From Chlorobiota bacterium (GTDB lineage: Bacteria; Bacteroidota; Ignavibacteria; OLB7): DNA of 64,000 nt. Positions 9,320 to 19,299 of the stretch are shown here, piece after piece. The notes below the pieces were generated by a model. The model had not been told where the DNA came from. It did no database searches and worked only from the letters and a program-made list of their open reading frames with translations. The DNA is taken from assembly GCA_016710285.1 (NCBI GenBank), contig JADJXR010000001.1:3373338-3437337 (forward strand). Reading direction: 5' to 3'. The translations under genes were made by a program, and so were the position numbers. Each line of letters begins with the position of its first letter. The stretch's first letter is position 1.

Positions 9320-10228
9320 ATGAGCAACACCAAATGGCACTCTGCTATTGCTGCACTCCTATTGCTCCTTCCTGCCGCAGCAGTATTGCCGCAAAGCAAA
9401 GAAGCATCGAAAGACCGCGCCAACGAATATTTCCAACAAGGTGCCTGGGAACAGGCGGCCACGGAGTATCAGGCACTTCTCACCGTTGATCCACAATTCC
9501 GGCAAGGATGGTTTCGGTTAGGTTATGCACAGCATAGCCTGGGGAATTTTGCTGCCGCCGCCACCGCCTACCAAAAAGCAATCGAGCTTGGCGCGCCGCC
9601 AATTGCCCACTATAATCTTGCGTGTTCCTACTCCCGGCAAGGCGAACAGGAATTGGCATTAGCCACGCTGGAGAAAGCACTCAACAATGGCTACACCCAG
9701 CAAACTTCTCTGGCAAGCGATCCAGACTTTGCATCGCTGGTGAGTAATCCGCGATTGAAAGAATTAGACCAGAAAATGCTGCTTGCCGCGCTGCCATGCC
9801 AGCACGATCCACGGTATCGGGAATTTGATTTTTGGATTGGCGAATGGGATGTGTTCAACACCGCTGGGCAGAAAGTGGGAACCAATAGTGTTCAACAAAT
9901 ATTGGGGAGTTGTGTGCTGCTGGAAAATTGGAGCAGTGCATCCGGCTCGCAGGGGAAGAGCTTTAACACCTTTAATCGCTCAACGGGAAAATGGCAACAA
10001 ACATGGGTTGACGATCAAGGAACCGTGCTTGAGCTTGCCGGAAATTTGAAGGGAGCAGTGCTGAGTTTTGAGGGAACCACCCGCGACACTGCCGGAAAAG
10101 AAACCTACCACCGTCTGACATTTACCTCGATTGACCCAAACACCGTACGCCAGTTATGGGAGCAATCTTCCGACAAAGGGGCAACGTGGAGTTCAGTTTT
10201 TGATGGAAAATATGTGAGGAAAAAATAG
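9320..10228 (+). CDS. TPR-repeat exported protein
   Basis: Signal peptide MSNTKWHSAIAALLLLLPAAAV. TPR-like helices (YFQQGAWEQAATEYQALL..., LGYAQHSLGNFAAAATAYQKAIEL). The ORF track start at 9263 is a TTG. Confidence 0.75.
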   Translation: MSNTKWHSAIAALLLLLPAAAVLPQSKEASKDRANEYFQQGAWEQAATEYQALLTVDPQFRQGWFRLGYAQHSLGNFAAAATAYQKAIELGAPPIAHYNLACSYSRQGEQELALATLEKALNNGYTQQTSLASDPDFASLVSNPRLKELDQKMLLAALPCQHDPRYREFDFWIGEWDVFNTAGQKVGTNSVQQILGSCVLLENWSSASGSQGKSFNTFNRSTGKWQQTWVDDQGTVLELAGNLKGAVLSFEGTTRDTAGKETYHRLTFTSIDPNTVRQLWEQSSDKGATWSSVFDGKYVRKK

Positions 10229-10690
10229 CAAAAACGAAGAAGCATAATCGCGATTTTTCCCTTGCGCTCGCCTCGGCAGCTCGCGTATCTTCGTGCAAGG
10301 TATGATAATCCTTCGTCAGCTTGTTCGCATTGCTCAACCCTGATGAATTCCCGTACCGAATCAACGTTCCTTCCCTGCTCGGCAACGTTGAAATTCTTTG
10401 AGGTCTCTTTTTTCTAAAGATCGAGGTAGAAAAAAGGGTAATACCTGAAAACCCTCGTGAGCAGTATCGGTTGTTTACCCATATCAGCCGATCATTCGGC
10501 CCAAGTTCGTCCGCCATCTCGCCGTTCTTTTCTTTTCGCAAGAAACCGTTGCGCATTTGCGCAAACCGTTCCACGCTCTCGTTCCCTTGCTCGCAAAGGG
10601 GGAATGCGGATGGTGATTCTAAAGCAACCAACGGGCACACGCCAGGCTGCTGTTCGTTCGCACGTTTCGTTCACAACAACTGTATAACCC

Positions 10691-11053
10691 ATGCGCACTC
10701 TTCTGGTTTTTACCGCACTGTTGTTCCTGCTGCCACCGCTTGTTGAAGCCTACCATGTTGGCGAAAAACCGAGACCTGCACCCCCCAGCGATGCAGGGAA
10801 GCCGCAGATTCTCCGGGTTTCACAAACGGAGTTGGAGTTTGGATCCGCTGTGGCCGGCCCGGTCGCCTTGCGGGTTAGCGATGTGCGCGGCAACCTTCTA
10901 TCAAACAACGGACGGTACGTTACCGAGGCCGAGCCAATCAACGGCAAAGGGCGGTTCGTGCTAAATCTGGATAACCTGAGGAGTGGGGTGTATTTCATCG
11001 TCCTGAGCAACAGCGCAGGGGTTTCGTCGAGAGGGGTGCTTGAGGTGAAATAG
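10691..11053 (+). CDS. small secreted protein with a T9SS C-terminal sorting domain
   Basis: Signal peptide and C-terminal ...NLRSGVYFIVLSNSAGVSSRGVLEVK. Confidence 0.65.
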   Translation: MRTLLVFTALLFLLPPLVEAYHVGEKPRPAPPSDAGKPQILRVSQTELEFGSAVAGPVALRVSDVRGNLLSNNGRYVTEAEPINGKGRFVLNLDNLRSGVYFIVLSNSAGVSSRGVLEVK

Positions 11054-11310
11054 CGAAAAATGGGAAAAGAGCCAGAAAGAAACAATTAGGAAGGCCGAAC
11101 CGCAGGATGAGACAACCACAAACCATAGAACAACAGGAGGCTTGATGAGACCACCGTAAGCACGACGCTTCATTGCAAACCAGCAATAGGATTGCTGGAA
11201 GTACTACCACATACTTAGCAACTCCGAATCGAACAGCAGTGGCCTCTGATCGGGGCCACCGAAACAGAAGCACGACGCAAAGGTATCATAAACCTAAAAC
11301 AAACAAACAG

Positions 11311-12159
11311 ATGAAAAATCTTTTGACAGCGGCACTCTGTGCCATCAGCCTGATAACCGCCCTAACAACAACCGCCAACGCGCAATGTCCAGATCCAAAT
11401 CTTGGTGTTGAACCGCAATGCCAGCCGGCTCCGGCATGGGTTGCCAAGCGGGCAATTCTGAAACTCTCGGAACACTGTTTTGTGGAGATTGATTACTGCG
11501 AGCAGTGGGTGTGTCGTGGAATCGCAGGATTATCACGGAGCCGGATTTCCATAAGCACATTAAGATTCTTCGACGATGTCGGTGGAACAGGAACTGGAGT
11601 TGGTTGCTACCTTGATGCCATTCTTCCAGAGGGAACATTTAGTGATGAGCGGCAAATGAATGAGATGCTTGGAACAATCCTGCAAAAAATGGTAGAGCAA
11701 GGGGTAGTACTTAGCGATGGCCCACCCAAACCATGCTCTGAAAATCCAACGGATATGCTTTTCGAAATTGTGACTTCACCATGCTATAATGTTGGATATT
11801 GGTTCGGTACCGTTGATAATCACTTGGTTGGAGGTGGAAGTGGTCAGGGAGAAGGTGCACTATACTATCATTTCTGTAGTGGCACTTATAGCTGTAGGCG
11901 AAATTGGCGATTCTGCACACAGCCAGATGGTTCAATCAAAAAAGATTTGGTTAGTGTGAATCCTTTACCAAATCCCCTTCCGTGGGAAGATCCGCTTTGC
12001 CCTGAATCTCAACCTCCTGCTTTCCCTGCTAATGGGATTGTTGCAGGAACAGGGATTGTTGCAGGGCAATCATATAACCTATCGATGACAGGATTTATTC
12101 CGTGGACTGAGGAATCGCAATGCTGGTCGAATTGCTTGTGGACCCCAATTACTCCATAA
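11311..12159 (+). CDS. Cys-rich secreted hypothetical protein
   Basis: MKNLLTAALCAISLITALTTTANAQC signal peptide and many Cys. GC (about 50%) is lower than the flanks. The ORF track start at 11173 is upstream of the likely ATG at 11311. Confidence 0.6.
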   Translation: MKNLLTAALCAISLITALTTTANAQCPDPNLGVEPQCQPAPAWVAKRAILKLSEHCFVEIDYCEQWVCRGIAGLSRSRISISTLRFFDDVGGTGTGVGCYLDAILPEGTFSDERQMNEMLGTILQKMVEQGVVLSDGPPKPCSENPTDMLFEIVTSPCYNVGYWFGTVDNHLVGGGSGQGEGALYYHFCSGTYSCRRNWRFCTQPDGSIKKDLVSVNPLPNPLPWEDPLCPESQPPAFPANGIVAGTGIVAGQSYNLSMTGFIPWTEESQCWSNCLWTPITP

Positions 12160-12174
12160 GAATGAAAAACAGAA

Positions 12175-12203
12175 TAAGGCGGATAATACGATTATCCGCC
12201 TTA
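12175..12203. promoter_or_regulatory. perfect 29-nt palindrome TAAGGCGGATAAT-ACG-ATTATCCGCCTTA between the Cys-rich gene and the AT-rich delta-60 gene
   Basis: 13-bp perfect inverted repeat read directly. No T-run on the plus strand; T-rich only on the minus side. Confidence 0.4.
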
Positions 12204-12242
12204 CTCTAAAAAAATATCACAGCAAATTCAAGGAGTAAAGAC

Positions 12243-14759
12243 ATGAGTACGAAACTCTTAATGCTATTATTGATAGCATCAGTAAGCACAGCAATAGCAC
12301 AACATCTTACACCAATTCCATCATCTAATATTATTGCATTTAATGATGCTCCATTAACCGCAATTCCAATAGATGGATCATTGCTAGTAGGAGGACGATT
12401 TTTAAAATGTGCACCATATAACACTGGAATTGCCACTGTTGATCCGGTATCTGGGAAGATGTTAAATGATATCAGGTTTGATAATGGAGGGAGTCTTGTC
12501 GTATCCGATAGCGGAGGTGGGTATTATCTATTAGTAGGGGCTACCCCACCAGTGAAGTACGGTACTTCAATCCTGAAGAGGATACAATCCGATGGAAAGG
12601 TCCTGTATAGCGTCCCCCTGTTTGTTAATGGAATTGATCGTTTTTCTGGAACGATTGAATGTATGGCCGCAAAAGGAGATACTGTCTATTTAGGTGGTAG
12701 GTTCTCAACAATCAATGGCATTCCAAGAAATTCCATTGCAGCAATTGAAGCGAGTTCCGGTACAATACTGGACTTTAACCCAACTGTAGATAGCAATGTA
12801 CAAAGCATGGTGATATATGGAAATGATATTGTTATTGGCGGATTGTTTGATACCGTGTTGGGTCAGCCGAGAACTGCTCTGGCAAGAATTAATCGCTATC
12901 AAGGAGTGTTGCATGATTGGCCAATAATGCCAACGGCATTAATGCGAACAAAGTTTAATGATCTAATTCATGGTTATAATCGTTTAGTCATTAGCAAAGG
13001 TATACTATATACAATCCGAGGGGCTATTGATCTATCTACAGGAATATCAACCTCATGGAAGCCAGTGCCAGAAAATATTCCGTTAGCACCATATCCTATT
13101 CCACAGATTGTAGATGTTGATGTAAGCGCAGGTCGTATAATCGTTGTTGGTGAATTTACTGGAATCAATGGAAGAAAGCGCAATGGTATTGCTGTTTTCG
13201 ATGAAAAAACAGGTGAATTAACAGAGACGGATCCCAATAAAAACTGGTTAGACCATTATTCATTCCTATCGGCAAATTATTCTAGTGTGCAATGTGTTGG
13301 CTCAATTGCCTATATTGGGGGGATGGATAATTTTATTGGAAGAAAATCTATAGATGGACTAGCCGCGTGTGACATCCTAACTGGAGAAATACAAGAATGG
13401 GAAGTCGCATGCCTTCGACAAAAACCAGGTGCGCAGTACCCTAGTAAAGTAATATATGCTGATCAGAAGCGTGTTTTTGTCCTCGGTTCCCTTGGTTCGA
13501 TTGGTCACCAAATCGTTTCGCGTAATGGCTTTGTAGAATTGTCGAATTCAGGTGATAGAATTCTAGAATGGAATCCTAACTTCAGGAAATATGTGCGACA
13601 ACATTATAGCGATACGGTTGTGCAAATTTCATCAATTCTGATAATCGGTAATATTATTTATATAGGGGGTAATTTCGATTCAGTTAATGGTGTCGCAAGA
13701 AAAAATCTGTGCGCATTTGAACGCACAACCCGCAGCTTACTCCCATGGAACCCTGTAGTGCAAGGACAAATAATAAATGCTATGGCCTATGATAACAGTA
13801 CATTGTATATCGCTGGAAAATTCGATTCTATAAATGGAACAGAGCAACGTTTTGTAGGAGCTATTGATGCTGTAACAGGGGCAATAAAGCGGATAAATAT
13901 AAAAGTAGATACTATAGTTAATTTAATATCCATTCATGATGAACGGTTGTATATCGCCGGAGAATTTAAAGTGGTTAATGATAAAGAACGAAATGGTTTC
14001 GCGGTAATAGATATTCAAAATGGTACTCTTCTGCAAGAAGGGCCAATGCTACCAGCATTAGCTTCAGTTACTGCAATGCTAATATCAGATTCTATTGTGT
14101 ATTTATCTGGTACTCGATTGGGGGCTGAAGTGACACCAATAACAAACCCCATTGGTGGAAGAATGGCATTAGCAGGGTATAACCGTATCACAGGTGCAGT
14201 GCGATGGCAGCCAAATTATCCTATCCCAACGAACGTCAAGGCATCATCTCTAGTGCTGCATCATGGTCTATTATATGCTGGCGCGTTGATGCGCAATAGT
14301 GATAATAGCGGTAAATCATATATAACTACTACAGGGATATTCCAATATGATCCAGTAACAGGAGCAGAGATAGGAAGAACACTAAGCTCTAATACTCCAA
14401 TTATATTATCAATAGTTAATGATACGATTTTTGCAGCTGGACATTTTGATGGAGAAAATGGATGGTCAGGAATGGAGTTTTTTGCTAGATATGACCCTCG
14501 TCAAAATCTTGAAACTAATATTGTAGAAAATTATAAGAACCATTCTCTACACATATGGCCAAACCCAGCAAATAGCTTCATTGAGGTAAATAATGCTGGT
14601 ATGAAGTCAGCCACATTGAGAATCATAAATACTCATGGAGATGTTCTTGAGGAATACGACCTTGCAAAAACGAAATTGGTAGATGTTGGACATCTACCAA
14701 TAGGACAATATATAGCTCAAGTTGGTGTGTACAGCACGAAGTTCACAATATGTAGATAA
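12243..14759 (+). CDS. delta-60-repeat (DUF5122-like beta-propeller) secreted protein with a T9SS C-terminal domain; AT-rich
   Basis: Repeated GGxFxxVNGxxRNxIAAxDxxTGxLxxWNP modules. C-terminal ...HIWPNPANSFIEVNN...IAQVGVYSTKFTICR resembles a T9SS sorting domain. GC is about 37% against about 60% in the flanks. Confidence 0.8.
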   Translation: MSTKLLMLLLIASVSTAIAQHLTPIPSSNIIAFNDAPLTAIPIDGSLLVGGRFLKCAPYNTGIATVDPVSGKMLNDIRFDNGGSLVVSDSGGGYYLLVGATPPVKYGTSILKRIQSDGKVLYSVPLFVNGIDRFSGTIECMAAKGDTVYLGGRFSTINGIPRNSIAAIEASSGTILDFNPTVDSNVQSMVIYGNDIVIGGLFDTVLGQPRTALARINRYQGVLHDWPIMPTALMRTKFNDLIHGYNRLVISKGILYTIRGAIDLSTGISTSWKPVPENIPLAPYPIPQIVDVDVSAGRIIVVGEFTGINGRKRNGIAVFDEKTGELTETDPNKNWLDHYSFLSANYSSVQCVGSIAYIGGMDNFIGRKSIDGLAACDILTGEIQEWEVACLRQKPGAQYPSKVIYADQKRVFVLGSLGSIGHQIVSRNGFVELSNSGDRILEWNPNFRKYVRQHYSDTVVQISSILIIGNIIYIGGNFDSVNGVARKNLCAFERTTRSLLPWNPVVQGQIINAMAYDNSTLYIAGKFDSINGTEQRFVGAIDAVTGAIKRINIKVDTIVNLISIHDERLYIAGEFKVVNDKERNGFAVIDIQNGTLLQEGPMLPALASVTAMLISDSIVYLSGTRLGAEVTPITNPIGGRMALAGYNRITGAVRWQPNYPIPTNVKASSLVLHHGLLYAGALMRNSDNSGKSYITTTGIFQYDPVTGAEIGRTLSSNTPIILSIVNDTIFAAGHFDGENGWSGMEFFARYDPRQNLETNIVENYKNHSLHIWPNPANSFIEVNNAGMKSATLRIINTHGDVLEEYDLAKTKLVDVGHLPIGQYIAQVGVYSTKFTICR

Positions 14760-14776
14760 GGGAATAACACAACAAC

Positions 14777-14808
14777 CATCCGGCAGGTAAGCATTTACCT
14801 GCCGGATG
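14777..14808. terminator. perfect 14-bp hairpin CATCCGGCAGGTAA-GCAT-TTACCTGCCGGATG between the two delta-60 paralogs
   Basis: Read directly. No U-tract, so intrinsic-terminator function is uncertain. Confidence 0.35.
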
Positions 14809-14840
14809 CTCTAACCCATTCACGAAAAACCACAACTACA

Positions 14841-17420
14841 ATGAACGCTACAACTTCCATGTCTCGCCCACTTTTGCTCCTTCTGCTCCTCGCGTTCTTT
14901 TCCCCCGCAATGGCGCAGCAATGGGAAGTCCAGCCACTGCTCCCAGCTCCCGATAATGGAGTCTTGGATGTCGCGAAAATTCATGATCGCCTGATTTTTG
15001 CAGGGAAATTCACCGAGCTTGCCCGATGGAACGGAGGAACCGCACTGTTCGATCTCCACACCGCACAACCCAATCCTCGCTTCTTCTTCCCACGAAATGT
15101 CGAAGCTGCCATCCCGTACAACGGTGGTTGGTTGGTCTATATCCAAGATAGCGCGCTCCTCGGTAGAAATTATGGAACACTCCAGTGGCTTGGTGCAGAT
15201 GGGAACGTAAAACAGAAAATACCCCTGAAATTTAAAGACTCAGGACATGGAGCCAGTGGGATCAACACAATGGCTGCCGATGGAGATACTCTTTATGTTG
15301 CTGGTGGATTTTTTTCTATGAATGACCTAGAACGTGAATATGCCGCAGCACTCCGGATATCTACCGGAGAAATCCTGCAGTGGAAACCACGGGTCAATAA
15401 TTCTATACACTCCATAGTGGTGTCGAATACCGCAGTCTTTATGAGCGGGCTTTTCGACACAGTCTCTGGCAGCTATCAGAAGCGGATAGCACGGGTCTCG
15501 AAAGGCCAGGGTGAGTTGCAGCCGTGGCCGAAACCGATACCAGATCGGTTGACAAATCACTTTTCATTTTATATCAACAAAAAAATACTCTTATGGAAAG
15601 ACCAATTATTCACTGTCAATGGAAGCATGAACATAGAGACGGCAGAGGAAGGGATATGGAAACCATCTCCACTATTATTGGAGAAGCCAGGCCATCCGTT
15701 TTTTATTGCTGACATGACGATAGTGGGTGGGGTGATTTATACGGTTGGTTTTTTTTCATCAATGAACGATGAGCCGCGTAACGGCATGGCAGCATTTTCC
15801 GCAGAGAGCGGCAAGGTGTTGCCCTGGAACCCCAACAAGGGGTGGCAGCCAACAGCGGACAGAGTTGTCCCAACATTATATTTTATCCAGGTTGTGGATA
15901 CGATTGCGTATTGCGCAGGCAGTATCAATAATATCGGGGGCATCCCGGTTCGGGGGATTGGGGCAGTTGCAACCACCACGGGCCAATTGCTCCCCTGGAA
16001 TCCAAGCGTCTCCAACTATACAAGGATTAATAGAAATAGCATCATAGACCTTGTATCACCTGGTTTTCTTGGTGCATCGGAGGACGGAGTGTTAATGGCG
16101 ATCAGCGGAATCGGTACAATCGGCCAACCGCTGACGGCACGATCCGGAATTGCTGAGGTTGACCTCCGCACAGGAGCACTCTCGCCGTGGGACCCGGGCT
16201 TCCGCAGCCGGATGGATCCGGATAGTTTCTATCTGACCTATACGCACATCCATGCGTTGGCACTTCAAGGCTCAACCCTCTATGTTGGGGGTGTCTTCGA
16301 TTCCGTTGGTGGCGTTCCCCGCTCGCGGCTCTGCGCCTTCGATGCCACCACCCACGAACTCCTCCCCTGGAACCCATCGGTCGTCAATGGTGAGTATCCC
16401 GACAGCGTGATCCAGGGATATTGTTGCCACCCCCAAGCGATCTACATCATGGGAACCTTCGACAGCATCGGCGGGGTGGCGCAGAGGTATATCGCCGCAG
16501 TGGACCCGCAGAGCGGAGCGCTGCTGCCGTTTCAAGCAAACCCGAACCGCCCGGTAGCGGCAATGGCCTACAGCGATGGCCGGCTGTATGTTGGCGGGCT
16601 TTTCAGCACCATTGGTGGGAAGCCTCGGAACGGTTTTGCGGTGCTGGATGGGGTCAGTGGCGAGGCATTGGAGGAGGGACCGATGTTCCCGCCGCGTGCC
16701 ACGGTGCAATCGCTGGCGGTGGGCGACACGCTGGTCTATGTATCGGGGATTCGGTTAGGGAAGGAGGTGACGCCGATGATCCGTCCGATTATTGGAGATG
16801 GGAATGGTTTTGGGGGATACGACCGGACAAGCGGGGAGCTACGGTGGTTGCCGAAGTATCCAGTGCCAACGAACACCGGAGCCGCCCGTTTGGAGCTATC
16901 GCCGCGTGGGTTGATGGTCTCGGGGTTGTTTAGTCGGAAGCCATATCAATCCTTGCCTGGGCAGTGGGATTCCTCGAACAACGGGATGATGCGATTGGAC
17001 GCAAGAAGCGGGGAGGTAAAGGGTGAGTGGCCATTGATTGGGGGATCGAATTTTATTGAATGGTCAGATACGTTGCTGATCTGGGAAGAGTCTCCAGACG
17101 AGCAGCAGGGGATACGGATACCGTATTTAGCATTGCTAACGAACGAGCAGTCGAGCGGGGTTGTTGTTGGGCGGGTTGCAATGGAGGGTTCGGGGGAGTT
17201 GCGTGCCTACCCGAACCCATCGAGTGGTCGTGTTCGAGTGGAGTGTGAAGGAGGATGTGAAGGGAAGGAGTTGGAAGTGGTGAACCAGTACGGAGAGCGG
17301 GTGATGCAGCAGGGATTTGGCGAAGGCGGCGAGTGTGTGTTGGACCTTGGCGGCCTAAGCAATGGAGTCTATCTGGTTCGCATCGGAACCCGCAGCGCGA
17401 CGATTGTGGTGCAGAGGTAG
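14841..17420 (+). CDS. delta-60-repeat beta-propeller secreted protein with a T9SS C-terminal domain; GC-rich paralog
   Basis: Same repeat architecture as 12243..14759 (…LLPWNPSV…GGxFxSxGG). C-terminal ...LSNGVYLVRIGTRSATIVVQR. Confidence 0.8.
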   Translation: MNATTSMSRPLLLLLLLAFFSPAMAQQWEVQPLLPAPDNGVLDVAKIHDRLIFAGKFTELARWNGGTALFDLHTAQPNPRFFFPRNVEAAIPYNGGWLVYIQDSALLGRNYGTLQWLGADGNVKQKIPLKFKDSGHGASGINTMAADGDTLYVAGGFFSMNDLEREYAAALRISTGEILQWKPRVNNSIHSIVVSNTAVFMSGLFDTVSGSYQKRIARVSKGQGELQPWPKPIPDRLTNHFSFYINKKILLWKDQLFTVNGSMNIETAEEGIWKPSPLLLEKPGHPFFIADMTIVGGVIYTVGFFSSMNDEPRNGMAAFSAESGKVLPWNPNKGWQPTADRVVPTLYFIQVVDTIAYCAGSINNIGGIPVRGIGAVATTTGQLLPWNPSVSNYTRINRNSIIDLVSPGFLGASEDGVLMAISGIGTIGQPLTARSGIAEVDLRTGALSPWDPGFRSRMDPDSFYLTYTHIHALALQGSTLYVGGVFDSVGGVPRSRLCAFDATTHELLPWNPSVVNGEYPDSVIQGYCCHPQAIYIMGTFDSIGGVAQRYIAAVDPQSGALLPFQANPNRPVAAMAYSDGRLYVGGLFSTIGGKPRNGFAVLDGVSGEALEEGPMFPPRATVQSLAVGDTLVYVSGIRLGKEVTPMIRPIIGDGNGFGGYDRTSGELRWLPKYPVPTNTGAARLELSPRGLMVSGLFSRKPYQSLPGQWDSSNNGMMRLDARSGEVKGEWPLIGGSNFIEWSDTLLIWEESPDEQQGIRIPYLALLTNEQSSGVVVGRVAMEGSGELRAYPNPSSGRVRVECEGGCEGKELEVVNQYGERVMQQGFGEGGECVLDLGGLSNGVYLVRIGTRSATIVVQR

Positions 17421-17443
17421 CGAGGTGGTTGGCTGATCCTTCC

Positions 17444-17488
17444 TAAAAAAACAACAGCGTCCCACAACACTTTTGCTTGTGTTGTGGG
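17444..17488 (-). terminator. Rho-independent terminator of the ABC exporter operon (CCCACAACAC-N8-GTGTTGTGGG plus T7 on the minus strand)
   Basis: 10-bp perfect stem. A7 on the plus strand at 17444-17450 reads as T7 on the minus strand directly after the hairpin. Confidence 0.6.
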
Positions 17489-17523
17489 ACGCTTGGTTAT
17501 CGCGCACTTTTCCGGAGGTTTTT

Positions 17524-19299
17524 CTACGAGGCTCCTTCTTCCTCGGCCAGCTCACCATACCACAATCCTTGCATCTCATCGCTGCTTGCCAGCAGTTCAT
17601 CCAACGTCCCCTGCGATTCTATCTTCCCCTCCTTCAACAGGATGATGTGGTCAGCACGTTGCAGTGCGGCGCGGCGGTGCGAGGCCACAAGGCAGGTTGC
17701 TTCCCGTTGCTGGAAAATCTGCTCCCACAAGGTGCGTTCGGTCTCCACATCCAGCGCGCTGGAAAGGTCGTCGAAGACGTACAGTTCCGGTTGCAGCGCA
17801 AACATCCGCGCTGCGGCTGTCCGCTGCATCTGGCCGCCGGAGAGCTTCACGCCGCGTGGCCCGATGGTGCTTTGCAGGCCATGCTCCAGCAGCCGGATAT
17901 CATGCTCCATCACCGCAAGGTGCAACGCTTCGGCCACTTGGTCGGCGGGCATTGGTTGGCCCAGGGTGATATTGTCCAGCAGGGTATCGCTGAACAGCCG
18001 TGGGGTCTGCGGCGTGTAGGCCGTTCGCGGCGGCGACATGAAGGTGGCGGGGTCCATCACCAACTTCCCGTTCCAGTAGATTTCCCCCGTGTCGCGAGGG
18101 AGCAATCCCAGCAGGACTTTCAGCAAGGTGGTTTTCCCCGCGCCAATCCGCCCCGTGATAACCGTGAACGATCCCCGCCGCACCCGTAGCGAAACATCTG
18201 CAATCCCACGCTCGGTGCCCGGGTGGTGATAGCCCAGCCCAACCCCTTCCAGCGTGTAGAGTTTGTGCCGCGTGCCACGGGTGATCCGCGGGACCTCCGG
18301 CAGCGTATCGTGCAGATACACCGGCGCGTGCTCCATCAGTTTTTGCTGCGGCGCGTTTTGCAGAAGGTCGTTCATCCGCTCCACCGAAACCCCAGCGCGG
18401 CGATACTCGGAGATCATGTTCCCCACAAACCTCATGCTTCCGCTGATGCGCCCCATGTAGATCACGAACAGCGCAAAATCGCCCACGGTGAAGGACCCGG
18501 TTCGCATCGCTTCGCTGGCCAGCAGCAGCACAATGCCAATCCCGATGTTCGCCATATTTTCGTTCACGCTGTTGATTAACTCACGCCCCAACGTATCCTT
18601 CAGCGCCGCGCCGCGCCGCTGCTCGTTCAGCTTGCTGAAATGGCTCATCATCCGCTCCTCCGCCGCCGAAACCTTCACGGTCCCGACGGCATTGAACGTC
18701 TCGCCAATAAACGAAGTCACCCGCCCGGTTGCTTCGCGGTGTGCGCGGCGGTACTTCCTCATGCGGCCCCCCATGCGGTAGCTGAAGTAGCTGATAACCG
18801 CCAGCGGAGCCAACGCCACCAGCGTCATTTCCGGGGCGATGTTCGCCATGATGATAACGCTGATGACCAGCGAGACAAGAAACCCGCTGGCATCCGTCCC
18901 CGATTCCACCAGGTGCATCACGTCCTCAACGTCGTCGCGGAAACGGTTGACGGCCTCGCTGGGTGAGTCCTTCAGCCGGCGTGACCCCGGCCCCTGGACC
19001 AGCCACTCCAGCATATTCCGGCGCATCAACGCCTCGATGGTATAAAGGAAGGTTGACCAAGCGTGGATTCCAACCCGCATCACCCCAAGCCGCGCTCCGG
19101 TTGTCACCACCAGCAAGGCAAGCAGCGTCCACAATCCAAACTCGGCGGAAGCCTTCCCGCTTAGCGTGTCGAAAATCGCTTTGGTGATAAGCCCCAAGAA
19201 GATTGGGGCACTGTGAAATAGCCCCCAGCAAAGGCAGTTCAGCGCGAACAGCCAGGGCCGGTAGCGGATAAACCCAATGATGTATGTTCCGGTTGTCAT
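17524..19299 (-). CDS. ABC transporter ATP-binding/permease protein (type I exporter, heterodimer partner)
   Basis: Six-TM N-terminus, Walker [12 protein letters not shown], signature LSGGQMQR, Walker [13 protein letters not shown]. Its start ATG overlaps the upstream gene stop (ATGA). Confidence 0.9.
   Translation of the reverse strand: MTTGTYIIGFIRYRPWLFALNCLCWGLFHSAPIFLGLITKAIFDTLSGKASAEFGLWTLLALLVVTTGARLGVMRVGIHAWSTFLYTIEALMRRNMLEWLVQGPGSRRLKDSPSEAVNRFRDDVEDVMHLVESGTDASGFLVSLVISVIIMANIAPEMTLVALAPLAVISYFSYRMGGRMRKYRRAHREATGRVTSFIGETFNAVGTVKVSAAEERMMSHFSKLNEQRRGAALKDTLGRELINSVNENMANIGIGIVLLLASEAMRTGSFTVGDFALFVIYMGRISGSMRFVGNMISEYRRAGVSVERMNDLLQNAPQQKLMEHAPVYLHDTLPEVPRITRGTRHKLYTLEGVGLGYHHPGTERGIADVSLRVRRGSFTVITGRIGAGKTTLLKVLLGLLPRDTGEIYWNGKLVMDPATFMSPPRTAYTPQTPRLFSDTLLDNITLGQPMPADQVAEALHLAVMEHDIRLLEHGLQSTIGPRGVKLSGGQMQRTAAARMFALQPELYVFDDLSSALDVETERTLWEQIFQQREATCLVASHRRAALQRADHIILLKEGKIESQGTLDELLASSDEMQGLWYGELAEEEGAS

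Noticed and set aside
10122-10640. 172-aa minus-strand ORF overlapping the 3' end of the TPR gene
   Set aside because: No recognisable domain. Antisense overlap with a confident gene. Typical spurious ORF in GC-rich DNA.
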